A stretch of DNA of 64,000 nt from a virus. Numbering within the stretch: position 1 is the stretch's first letter; every line of letters starts with the position of its first letter. The notes beneath the pieces were generated by a model. That model saw only the letters and a program-made list of their open reading frames with translations, ran no database searches and was not told the DNA's origin. Positions 1-10,098 of the stretch are shown piece by piece. The stretch spans positions 32,001 through 96,000 of the IMG/VR virus record IMGVR_UViG_3300036770_003984. One strand, given 5' to 3'. Position numbers and translations under genes: made by a program.

Positions 1-1
1 A

Positions 2-706
2 TTTGTTGAGGTTGTAATAGATTTAAATATTCCAGGTTTATGTTTAACTAATCTAAAAATTGAAGTTATTTATGACAAAAGTCCAGCAACGGCAGAATTT
101 CCATGTAGAGGAAAACATAAATGTGATAGAGCAATATTTAATGTAAAATTAAATGGGGTTGTAATAGGTGAGGCTAATTTAAATAATGAGAATGATGGTG
201 GAAGTAGAAACGCGACATTAATAGTTACTTCAGAACAAGCAACAACAATAGGTGGTAATTCTAATCAATTAGTATTAGCATTGGAAGGAATTCATGAAAA
301 ACCCCACGATGATGTTCCTGAAGTAAGAATAACTGACCCTAAAGGTAATGTTATATTTCATGGATGTTGTGCTATTTTATCAGTTGGTAAAGGTCAAGAT
401 AGGACTCTATTAATGTTAGACAAATGTGGAACAAAAGTTTTATCAGCATCAAAAGCGGTTGGTGTTGGTGAACCAACAAAGGATCAACTTGGTAGACCTA
501 CATATGTTATTGGTACTGAAATGCAACTTCGTGACGATATAATACCAATTCTTAGAAAGACTAAAAGTATAACTGAAAATAACGATGGTACTATTACTTT
601 TATTCAAAATTATTCAACAACTAAATTTAGATTTAATGCGGGTCTAACTATAAATCCACAAAAACCAATTATAATATCACCAAATGGTGAAGTCTCACAA
701 AGATAA
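2..706 (+). CDS. Hypothetical protein, 5'-truncated by window edge
   Basis: Frame of the 281..706 ORF is open back to position 2 (FVEVVIDLNIPG...). Confidence 0.75.
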   Translation, partial: FVEVVIDLNIPGLCLTNLKIEVIYDKSPATAEFPCRGKHKCDRAIFNVKLNGVVIGEANLNNENDGGSRNATLIVTSEQATTIGGNSNQLVLALEGIHEKPHDDVPEVRITDPKGNVIFHGCCAILSVGKGQDRTLLMLDKCGTKVLSASKAVGVGEPTKDQLGRPTYVIGTEMQLRDDIIPILRKTKSITENNDGTITFIQNYSTTKFRFNAGLTINPQKPIIISPNGEVSQR

Positions 707-783
707 AAACTACATAAATAGTTTTTTTTTTAAAAGGTAGAAAAATATTTCTACCTTTTTTTGTTTTATAATTAAAACCTTTT

Positions 784-791
784 TATCTTTG
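784..791 (+). promoter_or_regulatory. Bacteroidota sigmaA -7 promoter box
   Basis: TATCTTTG matches TAnnTTTG, 27 nt upstream of the ATG at 818. Confidence 0.5.
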
Positions 792-817
792 TGAAGAATC
801 AAATTAAATTAAACATT

Positions 818-1165
818 ATGAAAAAACTACTCGTATTATTCTCAATCGTATTAGGTCTTGGTCTTAATGCACAATCACAAATTGTTTCTGATGTGTTGAC
901 ATTAGATAATAAAAAAGATTCCACAATTTACGTAAAACATTACATTAAATTGTTTGAACTACAAGATTCCGTTGATGTTAGTGACATTAAATTACTTGAC
1001 GAATCTATTGTTGTGGAAAAACCAATAGATTTTAATTTTAAACCTCGTTATTTTTATGTTATAAGACCAAAATACGAAACTGATGAATATTTGGAAAAAT
1101 TATTGGATAGATGCAAATTTTATTTTCCAAATTCATATATGGTAGCTCAAATCATTAATAATTAA
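818..1165 (+). CDS. Secreted hypothetical protein
   Basis: MKKLLVLFSIVLGLGLNAQSQ is a Bacteroidota-style signal peptide. Confidence 0.7.
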   Translation: MKKLLVLFSIVLGLGLNAQSQIVSDVLTLDNKKDSTIYVKHYIKLFELQDSVDVSDIKLLDESIVVEKPIDFNFKPRYFYVIRPKYETDEYLEKLLDRCKFYFPNSYMVAQIINN

Positions 1166-1183
1166 AAAATTTTAAAAAAAGAT

Positions 1184-1597
1184 ATGAAAAAATTTATTAA
1201 AAGGTTTTTAAAACGTAGTTACGTAAAGTGGGTTCTATTCAATAGAAAAATGAGTAACCCAGACTACAATAAAGTCTCTGAGACACAAAAAAAATGTATG
1301 TCAATTGCAAGATTATTGATTCTACATCCAGATTCTCATTTTCGACTTACTTTCTTAAGTAAAAAAAGATATATTATAAATAAAACTTTGGGTTTATTTC
1401 TAATATTGGATGGAAAATTATTGAGTATAACAAACCATGTTCATCATCATGATATTATTATAAGTGATAGAAATTATGATAGGTTTACCAAAATGTATGA
1501 TGAAAAAGTTGAAACAATACGTCAAAAAGATGAGGATGAAATTATGTCACAAATTGTTCACTCATTGGATGTAATACTTAATAAGATAAAAAGTTAA
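1184..1597 (+). CDS. Hypothetical protein
   Basis: 137 aa ORF with A-rich leader. Confidence 0.7.
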   Translation: MKKFIKRFLKRSYVKWVLFNRKMSNPDYNKVSETQKKCMSIARLLILHPDSHFRLTFLSKKRYIINKTLGLFLILDGKLLSITNHVHHHDIIISDRNYDRFTKMYDEKVETIRQKDEDEIMSQIVHSLDVILNKIKS

Positions 1598-1601
1598 TAT
1601 T

Positions 1602-1970
1602 TTATGTTATCTTAACTAATTTAATATCATTTCCACCATCAGTTTTTCCTAAATCTATTTCTTTTGACCTATTAATTTCTTTCATAATTAAATCAACTTT
1701 ATCTTTTTTAATTATAGATTCAAGTTGTTTCTTATTACTCGGATGTACATATTCCATTTTATAATTCCCATTGGATTGTTTTGTTAAACTTAAAACTTTT
1801 ACATTCCACCACATAAAAGCACCATAAGCTTGCAATTGCCATTTAATTGAATCTATTACAATTTTACCATCTTTATTTACCGAAATACTTGGAGGTGTTT
1901 CCATCTCAACAATTACACGTTTAATTAATCTTGTTAAATCACTTTCTGTTAGTCTAATAATTTTTTTCAT
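1602..1970 (-). CDS. Hypothetical, candidate internal head protein
   Basis: True start probably 1970 (MKKIIRLTESDLTRLIKRVI); the upstream in-frame part overlaps the next gene. Confidence 0.7.
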   Translation of the reverse strand: MKKIIRLTESDLTRLIKRVIVEMETPPSISVNKDGKIVIDSIKWQLQAYGAFMWWNVKVLSLTKQSNGNYKMEYVHPSNKKQLESIIKKDKVDLIMKEINRSKEIDLGKTDGGNDIKLVKIT

Positions 1971-1971
1971 T

Positions 1972-2862
1972 TTATTTTTTATTTTTATATGACACCATTG
2001 TCGGTTTATTTCCAGTTCCAATTTTTGGATTTTTCTTTTCTTCTCTACGTTTTTGAGCACATGCGGATTTCTTTTCAGAATCTGACATCTTACCAGCAAC
2101 TCCTGCAGCCCTACATTTAGGATAACTCTTGGTATCAGCTTCACTCCTCCCACAAGGAGGATGTTTACCATCAACCTTTCTACATATATTAACCCAAGGT
2201 CCTTTTGGTTGTGATGACCCCTTGGGTTTTTTCTTTGTCCCAAACCATACCGCCAAATCTTCAGTAATTATTGGAGCTTCTTCATACCCCCATTCATTAA
2301 TAGTGTGAACATAATGTTTATCTATTTTATAACTTCCATCCTTCCCCTTTTCCCACATTCCAACAGTTCTTCTTATATTATCTTTGGTTGTTGATTTAAC
2401 TTTAATTTTATTTGCTTCAGTATCAACAAAATCTGAAAATGGTTGTAATTCAGGGTTCTTCCATTTTTTCATCCCAATTTCAATTGGTGCGTTATATTCA
2501 CCACCATATCCAAATGTTGCCTCATTTATTTTTTTTGATTTACCCTTTGGGTAGGGGTTAATTAGGTCACCATCGTCATCATTTTGTACTGGATGATTCT
2601 TGGCATAGATTGAAGATTTTTTTGCCTTAGATTCAATTTTTTTAATGTCTTTCTTTGGTGTATCCATTTTACCATCATAACTATCAGTAGCTAATTGTTG
2701 ACTATAATATTTTGATACAGAATCTTGATATGCACCCAATTCTGATTTTTTAAATATTCTTTTTCCTGGTCTAAGAGGAACAACAAATGAACCTCTTGAA
2801 CCAGATTCACTTGTCGCCTCTTTTAATATTTGTTTGACTATATTTTTTATTTTACTTATCAT
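1972..2862 (-). CDS. Hypothetical, candidate head-associated protein
   Basis: N-terminal IVKQILKE motif, several x-x-E sites, Cys-containing C-terminal domain (VNICRK..CGRS..YPKCR). Confidence 0.7.
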   Translation of the reverse strand: MISKIKNIVKQILKEATSESGSRGSFVVPLRPGKRIFKKSELGAYQDSVSKYYSQQLATDSYDGKMDTPKKDIKKIESKAKKSSIYAKNHPVQNDDDGDLINPYPKGKSKKINEATFGYGGEYNAPIEIGMKKWKNPELQPFSDFVDTEANKIKVKSTTKDNIRRTVGMWEKGKDGSYKIDKHYVHTINEWGYEEAPIITEDLAVWFGTKKKPKGSSQPKGPWVNICRKVDGKHPPCGRSEADTKSYPKCRAAGVAGKMSDSEKKSACAQKRREEKKNPKIGTGNKPTMVSYKNKK

Positions 2863-2882
2863 TATCTTATAAAATTAATAAT

Positions 2883-3092
2883 ATGGAAGAAAAAGAATTA
2901 TTTGGTAATTTATTTAATACAATTCCTCTTCATACTGAAGAACATTTGGAAACTATCCTAAACACCATTGATAAAGAACAAGCAGTTTTTTTTATAGTTC
3001 AAGCTGTAAAATATGCTTATCATCAAGGTTCTTATTCTATTGGTGAATCTGAAGTAATTTCAAAATGTATTAGACTTTTAAGTAAAGGTTAG
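2883..3092 (+). CDS. Hypothetical protein
   Basis: 69 aa ORF filling the gap between minus-strand genes. Confidence 0.6.
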   Translation: MEEKELFGNLFNTIPLHTEEHLETILNTIDKEQAVFFIVQAVKYAYHQGSYSIGESEVISKCIRLLSKG

Positions 3093-3117
3093 GTTATTTA
3101 TTTCCTTCCTCTTTCTT

Positions 3118-4620
3118 TTACTTGTGTATTATTTCACCATTAGCTCCACATGCAAAATCCTTCATATTACCTAAATCACTTAGATATTCATAAGTATTAT
3201 TAGGAAAGTAATATTTGTTATTTAATTGTACCAGAGCCATTGGTTTTGTTTGTCTATTAACATTACTATTAACAGTTTTAGTATCTATAAAAATATTATA
3301 TGTATTATTTTTTGGATCTTTTTTGTAAGTATCAAGAACACAAGCCAAATTAGGGTGTCCCCAACGTGGTTCTTTTTGAATTAAACAATCTATAGTTCCA
3401 TTACCACTAGGAGCTTCACAATTATCTATAGGAGGTTTTGTTGTTTTTGTATCTGTTGAACCTTTTGCTTCTTTTTCTGTCTCTATCTTAGCTTTACCTA
3501 AATCTACACTCGATTCACCCTTCCAACGCGCAAACTTACTCTCTAACGGAATTGTAACATATACTCTATAATAATTGAATTCCCAATGTGTAGGTGACCA
3601 TCCACCGGCAAAATGATAATTCATAAGTCTAACAAATTTATAACCAATATAACTAGACATATCGGTTAAAATAGCTGGTGCTTTTTTACTAATGGTTAAG
3701 TCTTTATATGAGTACATTGCAAGACAAAAAGTTGTATAGCTATTTAAGTCTGAAATAGCCGCAGCAATTGCATCTTCATCAGTTCCCCATTCCGATGAAG
3801 TAGCACGTTGAATTTTCTCATTAAAAGCTGCAGCCTCTGGAGCAAACAAAGGTGATTGTGCTAATTTGTTATATTGTTCTTCTTTGGGAAATTTTGTAGT
3901 ACAAAAAGTATTTATTGCATTTAGAAAATCTTCACTTGTTTGTTCTGAAGAAGTTTTTACAAGACCTATTTTATGTAATGCTTCGTGCATAGTTGCTATT
4001 GTAGTATAAGCAATTAAAGCTCCCGACATAAATAATGCTGGTCTACCCATACTACTAATTTTTTCAGTAGTTTTTTTAACTATACCATCAGATTTAGGCT
4101 TATTGGTTTCCCACCATTTATTAGTTCTTAACTGTTTTAATTCTTTATTAAGAACATCACTTAAGTTAGTAAGGCCGCCATTTTGATAAATATCTATATT
4201 TGGCAATTGTCTAGTAAATTTGTCTATATCAGCATCAGTTGGTATTTTATCAGGTTTAAAATATTTTTCAATCTCGTTAGCTAACATCTCAATTGTATAA
4301 TAGTAATTTTGAGATGTCATAAATCCACCTTCTTGACCTTGTTTATCTACTTTAAAAGTTTTTACATCAACATTTTTTAAAATATTATCAAGGCCAGTTA
4401 CAACTAAAGGATTATGTTTTTCATATTGTATAAAAGTTGTTAATGGCTTTCCGTGAAATTTTCCTACTGCTAATCTTGGTAAACCTATCATTTTTTGAAT
4501 TATTGGCCAATTTTCATTCAAAATTTTTTTATTAACCAAATATTGTTGTTTTGTTGCTTCAGTATGGAGATTCAAGATTCGTTTTTTTTCTTGTTCATCC
4601 AAAAAATATAGTTTTTTCAT
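3118..4620 (-). CDS. Hypothetical, candidate internal head/ejection protein
   Basis: Directly downstream of the capsid gene; N-terminus LDEQEKKRILNLH...ILNE; TATTTATA motif upstream. Confidence 0.7.
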   Translation of the reverse strand: MKKLYFLDEQEKKRILNLHTEATKQQYLVNKKILNENWPIIQKMIGLPRLAVGKFHGKPLTTFIQYEKHNPLVVTGLDNILKNVDVKTFKVDKQGQEGGFMTSQNYYYTIEMLANEIEKYFKPDKIPTDADIDKFTRQLPNIDIYQNGGLTNLSDVLNKELKQLRTNKWWETNKPKSDGIVKKTTEKISSMGRPALFMSGALIAYTTIATMHEALHKIGLVKTSSEQTSEDFLNAINTFCTTKFPKEEQYNKLAQSPLFAPEAAAFNEKIQRATSSEWGTDEDAIAAAISDLNSYTTFCLAMYSYKDLTISKKAPAILTDMSSYIGYKFVRLMNYHFAGGWSPTHWEFNYYRVYVTIPLESKFARWKGESSVDLGKAKIETEKEAKGSTDTKTTKPPIDNCEAPSGNGTIDCLIQKEPRWGHPNLACVLDTYKKDPKNNTYNIFIDTKTVNSNVNRQTKPMALVQLNNKYYFPNNTYEYLSDLGNMKDFACGANGEIIHK

Positions 4621-4638
4621 ATTTTAAAAAGTTTTTAT

Positions 4639-4646
4639 TATAAATA
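4639..4646 (-). promoter_or_regulatory. Putative phage late-promoter motif TATTTATA (representative copy)
   Basis: The same sense-strand octamer lies about 10-30 nt before many genes (8212, 9353, 10823, 14633, 18938, 50328, 54229 on minus; 59099, 60803, 61466, 63794 on plus). Confidence 0.55.
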
Positions 4647-4740
4647 TCAATAAAGAATAAAAAGTATTATTACTTAAATTATAATTGAAAAAAAAGAGGG
4701 ACAAAAACTTGTCCCTCTCGTCATTTTTTATTAAGATTTA

Positions 4741-6582
4741 CTATCTCAATTCTTGTAAGTCAAATGTTCTAACACCATCAACTGTAATTCTCGCATAGAA
4801 GCGGTTGTTCACCATTTTTTTAGCGTATCTAGTCATAATACCCTTGATAGGAGTAAAGTTGAATGGATTATACATTGTTGGAGTTAATTGAAGTGGAACA
4901 TACGGAGCGTAGATGTAACCAGTATCAAGAAGTGAAGTACCTTTATGTCCGATTAACACTTGGTTAGGTGGGAAGTAAGGGTCACGATATACTTGGTATC
5001 TACCTGCTAATGTACCTACTCTTTCAATACCCATATTGTATTGGTCTTGCTCAGGAGAAGCATTTGATACGTGGAAGTATTCCAAGTCATCAAAGATTGC
5101 AGAAACCTCAGAAGAAACAACAATCCAGTTAGCACCACCTCTAAGAGTTGATTTGTGGATTTGAGCTGAAAGTTGGTTGATAGCTGTGATAAGAGTTTGG
5201 TTCCAGTCTTTTTGAGTGTAAGAAGTGTTATTTTGTAATCTTCTCCATCCGTTGTAGTCCCATCTCAAGTTCCAAGCCGCACCTTTTCTAAGGTCACGTA
5301 GGATTTCTCTATCGATTTCAGCTGCAACTTGTTCAGAAAGAAGGGCAGTTAATTCAGCCTCAGCATCAATGTTATGGAATGCTGCAACGTCTTGAGCAAG
5401 TTCAGGAGACCATTGAGCTCTAAGTTTTCTTTCAGTTACAGAAACAGTTACTGATTCAAGGTCAAAAGAAACTTCACCAATTTTATCTTCAAATTCAAGT
5501 TCTTCGTATCTTCTATATACAACAGTAAATGAAGACGCTGAAGAAGCTGAGAAAATTGTAGTACCAGTGTAACCATCTAAAGATGAAGCGTTACAATCAG
5601 CACATACTGGACAAGATAAGTCAACCTCAATTAACATACAACCATCTTGGATACAAGTGTCATTATATGTACCACCACCATTTGTTGGCCATAAAGTTGA
5701 TGTTGATTTTGAAGTAGGTTGAACAAGACCTTTACCATATTGTTGAGTTACAACTCTAAACAATAAGTTGGGTAAAGTACTAGTACCAATACCCATAGTA
5801 TCACAAGGAGTAGTACTAGCAGAAATACCACCATTATTTCTAATTACTTTAAGGTCAGATAAGAATGTTTCAGTATCAACTTCAGAACCATCAGGTGCAA
5901 TAAGTTTACCTACACCATCATATGCGAAACCACACACTTTGATTAAAAGTTTTCTAACATTTGGTGTTTCTTCAGTTATTTCTAAAGGAACAACTTGACC
6001 ATTTGACCAAGTCATAGTTGTTGCACTAGCTGTAATTGCTGACCAACGACCTTTAGAATAATCAAATAAACCAGCAGGATTTAAACCAGGTTCAGCACCT
6101 TCATAGAATAAATCATAAAGATTTTTTTGATAAGCATTAGAATCCGTACCATAACCAGCATTTGGGTCACCAGGATAATTACCAGGACTACCTATTGGTG
6201 CATGATGATTACCAGAAAAAGTACCTCCATTAGTGTCACCACTATAACCTTGAATTTTAGGTATAAAGTAGAACAATTTACCGATAGGTAAGTTCATAGC
6301 TTGTACAGATACGATGTCATTTGCTAATAATTTAGAGAATACACGTCTAACGATTGGAAATACAACTGTTTCAAATGAACCAGAACTTCCATCAGATGTT
6401 GCTTCGTTGATTAAGAATGATGCTTGATTTTCATATAATTGTGCAACATTTTCTTTTAGATGACCTCTAAGGCCTTCAAGGAATCCTAATCTATCCCATT
6501 TGTTAATAGTATCTTCTTTGATAACTTTAAGGTGTTTCAAACCAATGTTACCAACAAGACCGCTTTCTAATAATGCTCCCAT
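4741..6582 (-). CDS. Major capsid protein, T4 gp23-like
   Basis: PIVRRVF, VSVQAM..PIGKLFY, RKLRAQWSPELAQD..AFH.IDAEAELT..LSEQ..AEIDREI, YAPYVPL, GIMTRY motifs. Confidence 0.95.
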   Translation of the reverse strand: MGALLESGLVGNIGLKHLKVIKEDTINKWDRLGFLEGLRGHLKENVAQLYENQASFLINEATSDGSSGSFETVVFPIVRRVFSKLLANDIVSVQAMNLPIGKLFYFIPKIQGYSGDTNGGTFSGNHHAPIGSPGNYPGDPNAGYGTDSNAYQKNLYDLFYEGAEPGLNPAGLFDYSKGRWSAITASATTMTWSNGQVVPLEITEETPNVRKLLIKVCGFAYDGVGKLIAPDGSEVDTETFLSDLKVIRNNGGISASTTPCDTMGIGTSTLPNLLFRVVTQQYGKGLVQPTSKSTSTLWPTNGGGTYNDTCIQDGCMLIEVDLSCPVCADCNASSLDGYTGTTIFSASSASSFTVVYRRYEELEFEDKIGEVSFDLESVTVSVTERKLRAQWSPELAQDVAAFHNIDAEAELTALLSEQVAAEIDREILRDLRKGAAWNLRWDYNGWRRLQNNTSYTQKDWNQTLITAINQLSAQIHKSTLRGGANWIVVSSEVSAIFDDLEYFHVSNASPEQDQYNMGIERVGTLAGRYQVYRDPYFPPNQVLIGHKGTSLLDTGYIYAPYVPLQLTPTMYNPFNFTPIKGIMTRYAKKMVNNRFYARITVDGVRTFDLQELR

Positions 6583-6618
6583 TTTGTATTTGATTTTTGT
6601 TTTAGTTTTGTTTATTGT

Positions 6619-8184
6619 TTATTTTAATTTTGACATTAAATCCTTCATTCTCATAAATTGAGGATTTTCATAAGTTTTTGATTCAATTAAGTTAATTGCT
6701 GAACCATTAGTTGGAACTTTATTAATTGTTCTTTCAATTGATTCGTTAACTTGTTGTGGTTTAGATGATGTTAATTCATCTTTAATAATTTTGTAAAGAG
6801 TCTTAGATTCTTTAAGAGATTCTACATCGTCAAATCTTTTAAGGATATTAATTTTTTCTTGTTTTGAAGTTGAATGTTCAGTAAACAATCTAGTTGCGTA
6901 CGCTAGGTTTGAATTGAATACTGCCACTTCATTCAATTTATTTCTGAAAATATTAAGTGCCTTTCTGTATTCTTCGTTTTTCTCTCTTAAAATTTCCATT
7001 TCTTGTAAATCAATAGATTCTTCTCTTAGATGACGAGGAGCTGTTCTTGGTTTTGGAAGACCATCTCTACCCCAATATTTACCATTTCCAAGTGTACGTG
7101 AAGCTTCTTTTGTTTCCACCTTTTTAGGTTTCATTTTCATACTTCCTTTAGTTTCTTTTGATTTGGTTGGTTTTTTAGAGAATTCACCATCAAAACTTGG
7201 AGAATCAGATTTGTAGATATCTTTTTTAACTTTACCCATACCTACACCTCTAGTACCTTGTTTCATATCTTCTTTAAAACCACCTTCTTGATTTGGTTTT
7301 TTAGAATATTTGAATTTTGAAGCTGAACCCATACCCATTCCTTTTGGTTTCATAGATTTTTTAGCTTCGTATAAAGATTCATAAAATTCTTCTTCTTCTT
7401 CTTCTTCTTCCATTTCAATTTCGTAAATAGTATCTTCATCAAATTTACTAAGAATGTCTTTATATTTATCTTCACGTTCAAAATCTTCTTCGTCCATAGT
7501 ACTCATATAATCTTCGTCCATAGTACTCATATAATCTTCGTCCATAGTACTCATATAATCTTCGTCCATAGTACTCATATAATCTTCGTCCATATAGTTT
7601 TCGTCCATTTCGTGATACATACCTTCGTCCATATAGTCACTTTCCATATATTCTTCTTCATCCATATGATAATTTTCTCTGACAATCATATATTCAGTAT
7701 CGTTTTCCTCATCTTTTAAACGAATATTACCAGCTGGGTCTTCTTCAACTTGGACTTTATCTTGAGGTCCCATTGATTTAAATACTTTGAAAAGAACGTC
7801 ACTTTGTTCCTCTTTACTCATACCTGTTTGGTCTAGATTTCTTAAGTCAAGGACTTCCTCATCCTCTTCATCATCTTCTTCTTCATCAGAATATTCATCA
7901 GTATAGTCCCCTTCTTCGTAATCTTCTTCGTAATCTTCTTCGTCATCAACTTCTTCTTCGTCATCAGGGAATTCAACATCAGCAACATCTGAATCCATAT
8001 CAATCTCTTCTTCGTCCTCGACTTCTTCTTCGTCATCTTGTTCGTTAAGAGATTCTTTTACCAATTGTTTGATTTCTTGTTTCATAGTTGAAGCAAGTAT
8101 TCCTTTTGCATTTTCAGCAACCGCTTCCTCCAAATTTTTCATTTGGATGATTGCCTCTTCTAAAATATTATTTTCTTTAGCCAT
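6619..8184 (-). CDS. Prohead core/scaffolding protein
   Basis: Lies between protease and capsid genes; very acidic; C-terminal coiled coil (LNEVAVFNSNLAYATRLF...KINILKRFD). Confidence 0.8.
   Translation of the reverse strand: MAKENNILEEAIIQMKNLEEAVAENAKGILASTMKQEIKQLVKESLNEQDDEEEVEDEEEIDMDSDVADVEFPDDEEEVDDEEDYEEDYEEGDYTDEYSDEEEDDEEDEEVLDLRNLDQTGMSKEEQSDVLFKVFKSMGPQDKVQVEEDPAGNIRLKDEENDTEYMIVRENYHMDEEEYMESDYMDEGMYHEMDENYMDEDYMSTMDEDYMSTMDEDYMSTMDEDYMSTMDEEDFEREDKYKDILSKFDEDTIYEIEMEEEEEEEEFYESLYEAKKSMKPKGMGMGSASKFKYSKKPNQEGGFKEDMKQGTRGVGMGKVKKDIYKSDSPSFDGEFSKKPTKSKETKGSMKMKPKKVETKEASRTLGNGKYWGRDGLPKPRTAPRHLREESIDLQEMEILREKNEEYRKALNIFRNKLNEVAVFNSNLAYATRLFTEHSTSKQEKINILKRFDDVESLKESKTLYKIIKDELTSSKPQQVNESIERTINKVPTNGSAINLIESKTYENPQFMRMKDLMSKLK
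7487..7594. repeat. 24-bp tandem repeat x4.5 (MDEDYMST)
   Basis: tcttcgtccatagtactcatataa at 7487, 7511, 7535, 7559 and a partial copy at 7583. Confidence 0.9.
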
Positions 8185-8342
8185 TTTCTTGGTTTTTTGT
8201 TTATTTTATTATATAAATATATACGATGTTAAAAAAAGTTAGTTAAATTAATTTTTAACCAAATATTTTTAACAATTATAAATATTTGAATAATGGCAAA
8301 AAAAAAGGGAGACATATGTCTCCCAAAATAATTTGTGATTTT

Positions 8343-8558
8343 TTATTCAATCACTTCATCAATTTTACTTTCTACTATTGCGGTAATTCTCCAATCAAAA
8401 GTATAGTGTTCATAAATTTTAGTTATTTTTGTCTCAACATCTGTTGGTGAGTAACCCATAACTAATTTTTCTAATTTTAACTTTTTTTTCTTTCCAGTTT
8501 CTTCGTCAACAAACTCTTCAGAGATTTTTGCAATAAAATATTTTTGTCCTTCTTCCAT
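8343..8558 (-). CDS. Hypothetical protein
   Basis: 71 aa ORF in the head module. Confidence 0.65.
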   Translation of the reverse strand: MEEGQKYFIAKISEEFVDEETGKKKKLKLEKLVMGYSPTDVETKITKIYEHYTFDWRITAIVESKIDEVIE

Positions 8559-8617
8559 TTTATTTAAATTTTTTAATTAATTAATTAAAAAAATAATAAG
8601 AAGATTAAATATAAAAA

Positions 8618-9337
8618 TCAATATCCGTATAAAGATAATTTTTTCATTAGTTCTAAAGATTTATTTCCACTTTCTCCAACATTCCTTTCTACTGCCATTT
8701 TCCTATCATCATCTAAATTTTCTTCAAACATATGTTTATCATCTTTGTTTAAGAAAAGATAAGCACCAGGTGTTGATGGTGATGAAACTAAATCAAAACA
8801 TATTAATTCAAAATCATCTTGTACTTCATTTTGTTCTCCAACTTTTTTTAATGAACCAACACCACGAGAAGATATACCAAGAGTAACACCTTGTCTTAAA
8901 TAATTTGCGGCCATATCACCCTTAGTTGATACTATACCTCTTTCGTGGAATCCTGGGGATGTTAACAATTTGAGTTTACCCATTAAAACTGGTCCTTCCC
9001 ACCAAACTTCATTTATAATATGAGATACTCTATCAAGGTCAATTAAAGATGATTCAGGATGATTTAATTCTGATAATGATGTTCCTTTTTGAATCATCTT
9101 TTTATAATTCTCAGCTTCCCTTTTTAATATCTTTTCTGGGTAGATTCTACCATTTCTATTTGGTGTATTGTATTTTTGTAATACAGCATAGAATTCAAAT
9201 GGTTTTGAATGGTCTAACATTTGTTTGGATTCTTGTAACATTTTAGAGTTAAATCCATCTGTTGGGGAAACCCACCCATCATTTTCAATTAAAATACCTC
9301 TACCTAACTCACCAGGGTTTAAAATTTTTAAGCTCAT
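8618..9337 (-). CDS. Prohead protease, T4 gp21-like
   Basis: NRNGRIYP, ELNHP, LGISSRGVGS, FDLVSSPSTPGAY motifs. Confidence 0.93.
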   Translation of the reverse strand: MSLKILNPGELGRGILIENDGWVSPTDGFNSKMLQESKQMLDHSKPFEFYAVLQKYNTPNRNGRIYPEKILKREAENYKKMIQKGTSLSELNHPESSLIDLDRVSHIINEVWWEGPVLMGKLKLLTSPGFHERGIVSTKGDMAANYLRQGVTLGISSRGVGSLKKVGEQNEVQDDFELICFDLVSSPSTPGAYLFLNKDDKHMFEENLDDDRKMAVERNVGESGNKSLELMKKLSLYGY

Positions 9338-9375
9338 TGTATGATTTTATTATATAAATATTTAAAAATATATAT

Positions 9376-9831
9376 TTATATTTTGACATTAGTTTTTTTG
9401 TCGTTTTTTGTTAAAAAAAAACTAAAATGTTCATTCCTTAAAAAATTATAATGTAATATATTTTTGGTAAGTTCTTTGAGACTTTCTTTTAATTTTGAAG
9501 ATTTAAAATCTATTTGTGTTGGATTAAGATATAAATTTATTTCTAAATTTAGGAATGATTTTTTACCTAATGTTATTCCACTTGAACGTAAATCCAAATC
9601 AGATATAAAATTTTCTTTAAAAATAACCTTGTCTAAATTTTGATAAATTGTGTGTTTTATTGACCTAGATAAGTTTAAAATAATTCGATTCCAATTTTCT
9701 TCTTCCTCTTTTGGTTCAACCCAAGTTTGTATGTTTAAGTAAATTGATTTTAATTCAAAAGAATCTGTTGTACCATATATTACTTTTATAGTCTTAAAAC
9801 CTTGGATTTTAGAGGTTTTGCCTTTTTTCAT
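9376..9831 (-). CDS. Hypothetical protein
   Basis: 151 aa ORF. Confidence 0.7.
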   Translation of the reverse strand: MKKGKTSKIQGFKTIKVIYGTTDSFELKSIYLNIQTWVEPKEEEENWNRIILNLSRSIKHTIYQNLDKVIFKENFISDLDLRSSGITLGKKSFLNLEINLYLNPTQIDFKSSKLKESLKELTKNILHYNFLRNEHFSFFLTKNDKKTNVKI

Positions 9832-9906
9832 TAATTTTAATAGTTTATCAGTTTATTTTTTATAAAAAGTAACTGATATTTTAATAAATGTCAAAAAAAT
9901 AAAATT

Positions 9907-10098
9907 ATGTTGATTGTAAAAGTTGATCAAAACACAAACATTGAGAAAGCCTTAAAACTCTTTAAAAGTAAGGTAATTAAAACTAAACTAATGAGTGAAT
10001 TACGAAATCGAAAAGAATTCACAAAAAAATCAGTAACAAGACGAACTACTGTTAATAAAGCAAAATATGTGCAACAAATAAAATCAAAAGAAGATTAG
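9907..10098 (+). CDS. rpsU: Ribosomal protein bS21
   Basis: MLIVKV..NIEKALKLFK.KV.KT....ELRNRKEFTKKSV.RR....KAKY matches the Bacteroidota-type bS21 pattern. Confidence 0.88.
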   Translation: MLIVKVDQNTNIEKALKLFKSKVIKTKLMSELRNRKEFTKKSVTRRTTVNKAKYVQQIKSKED

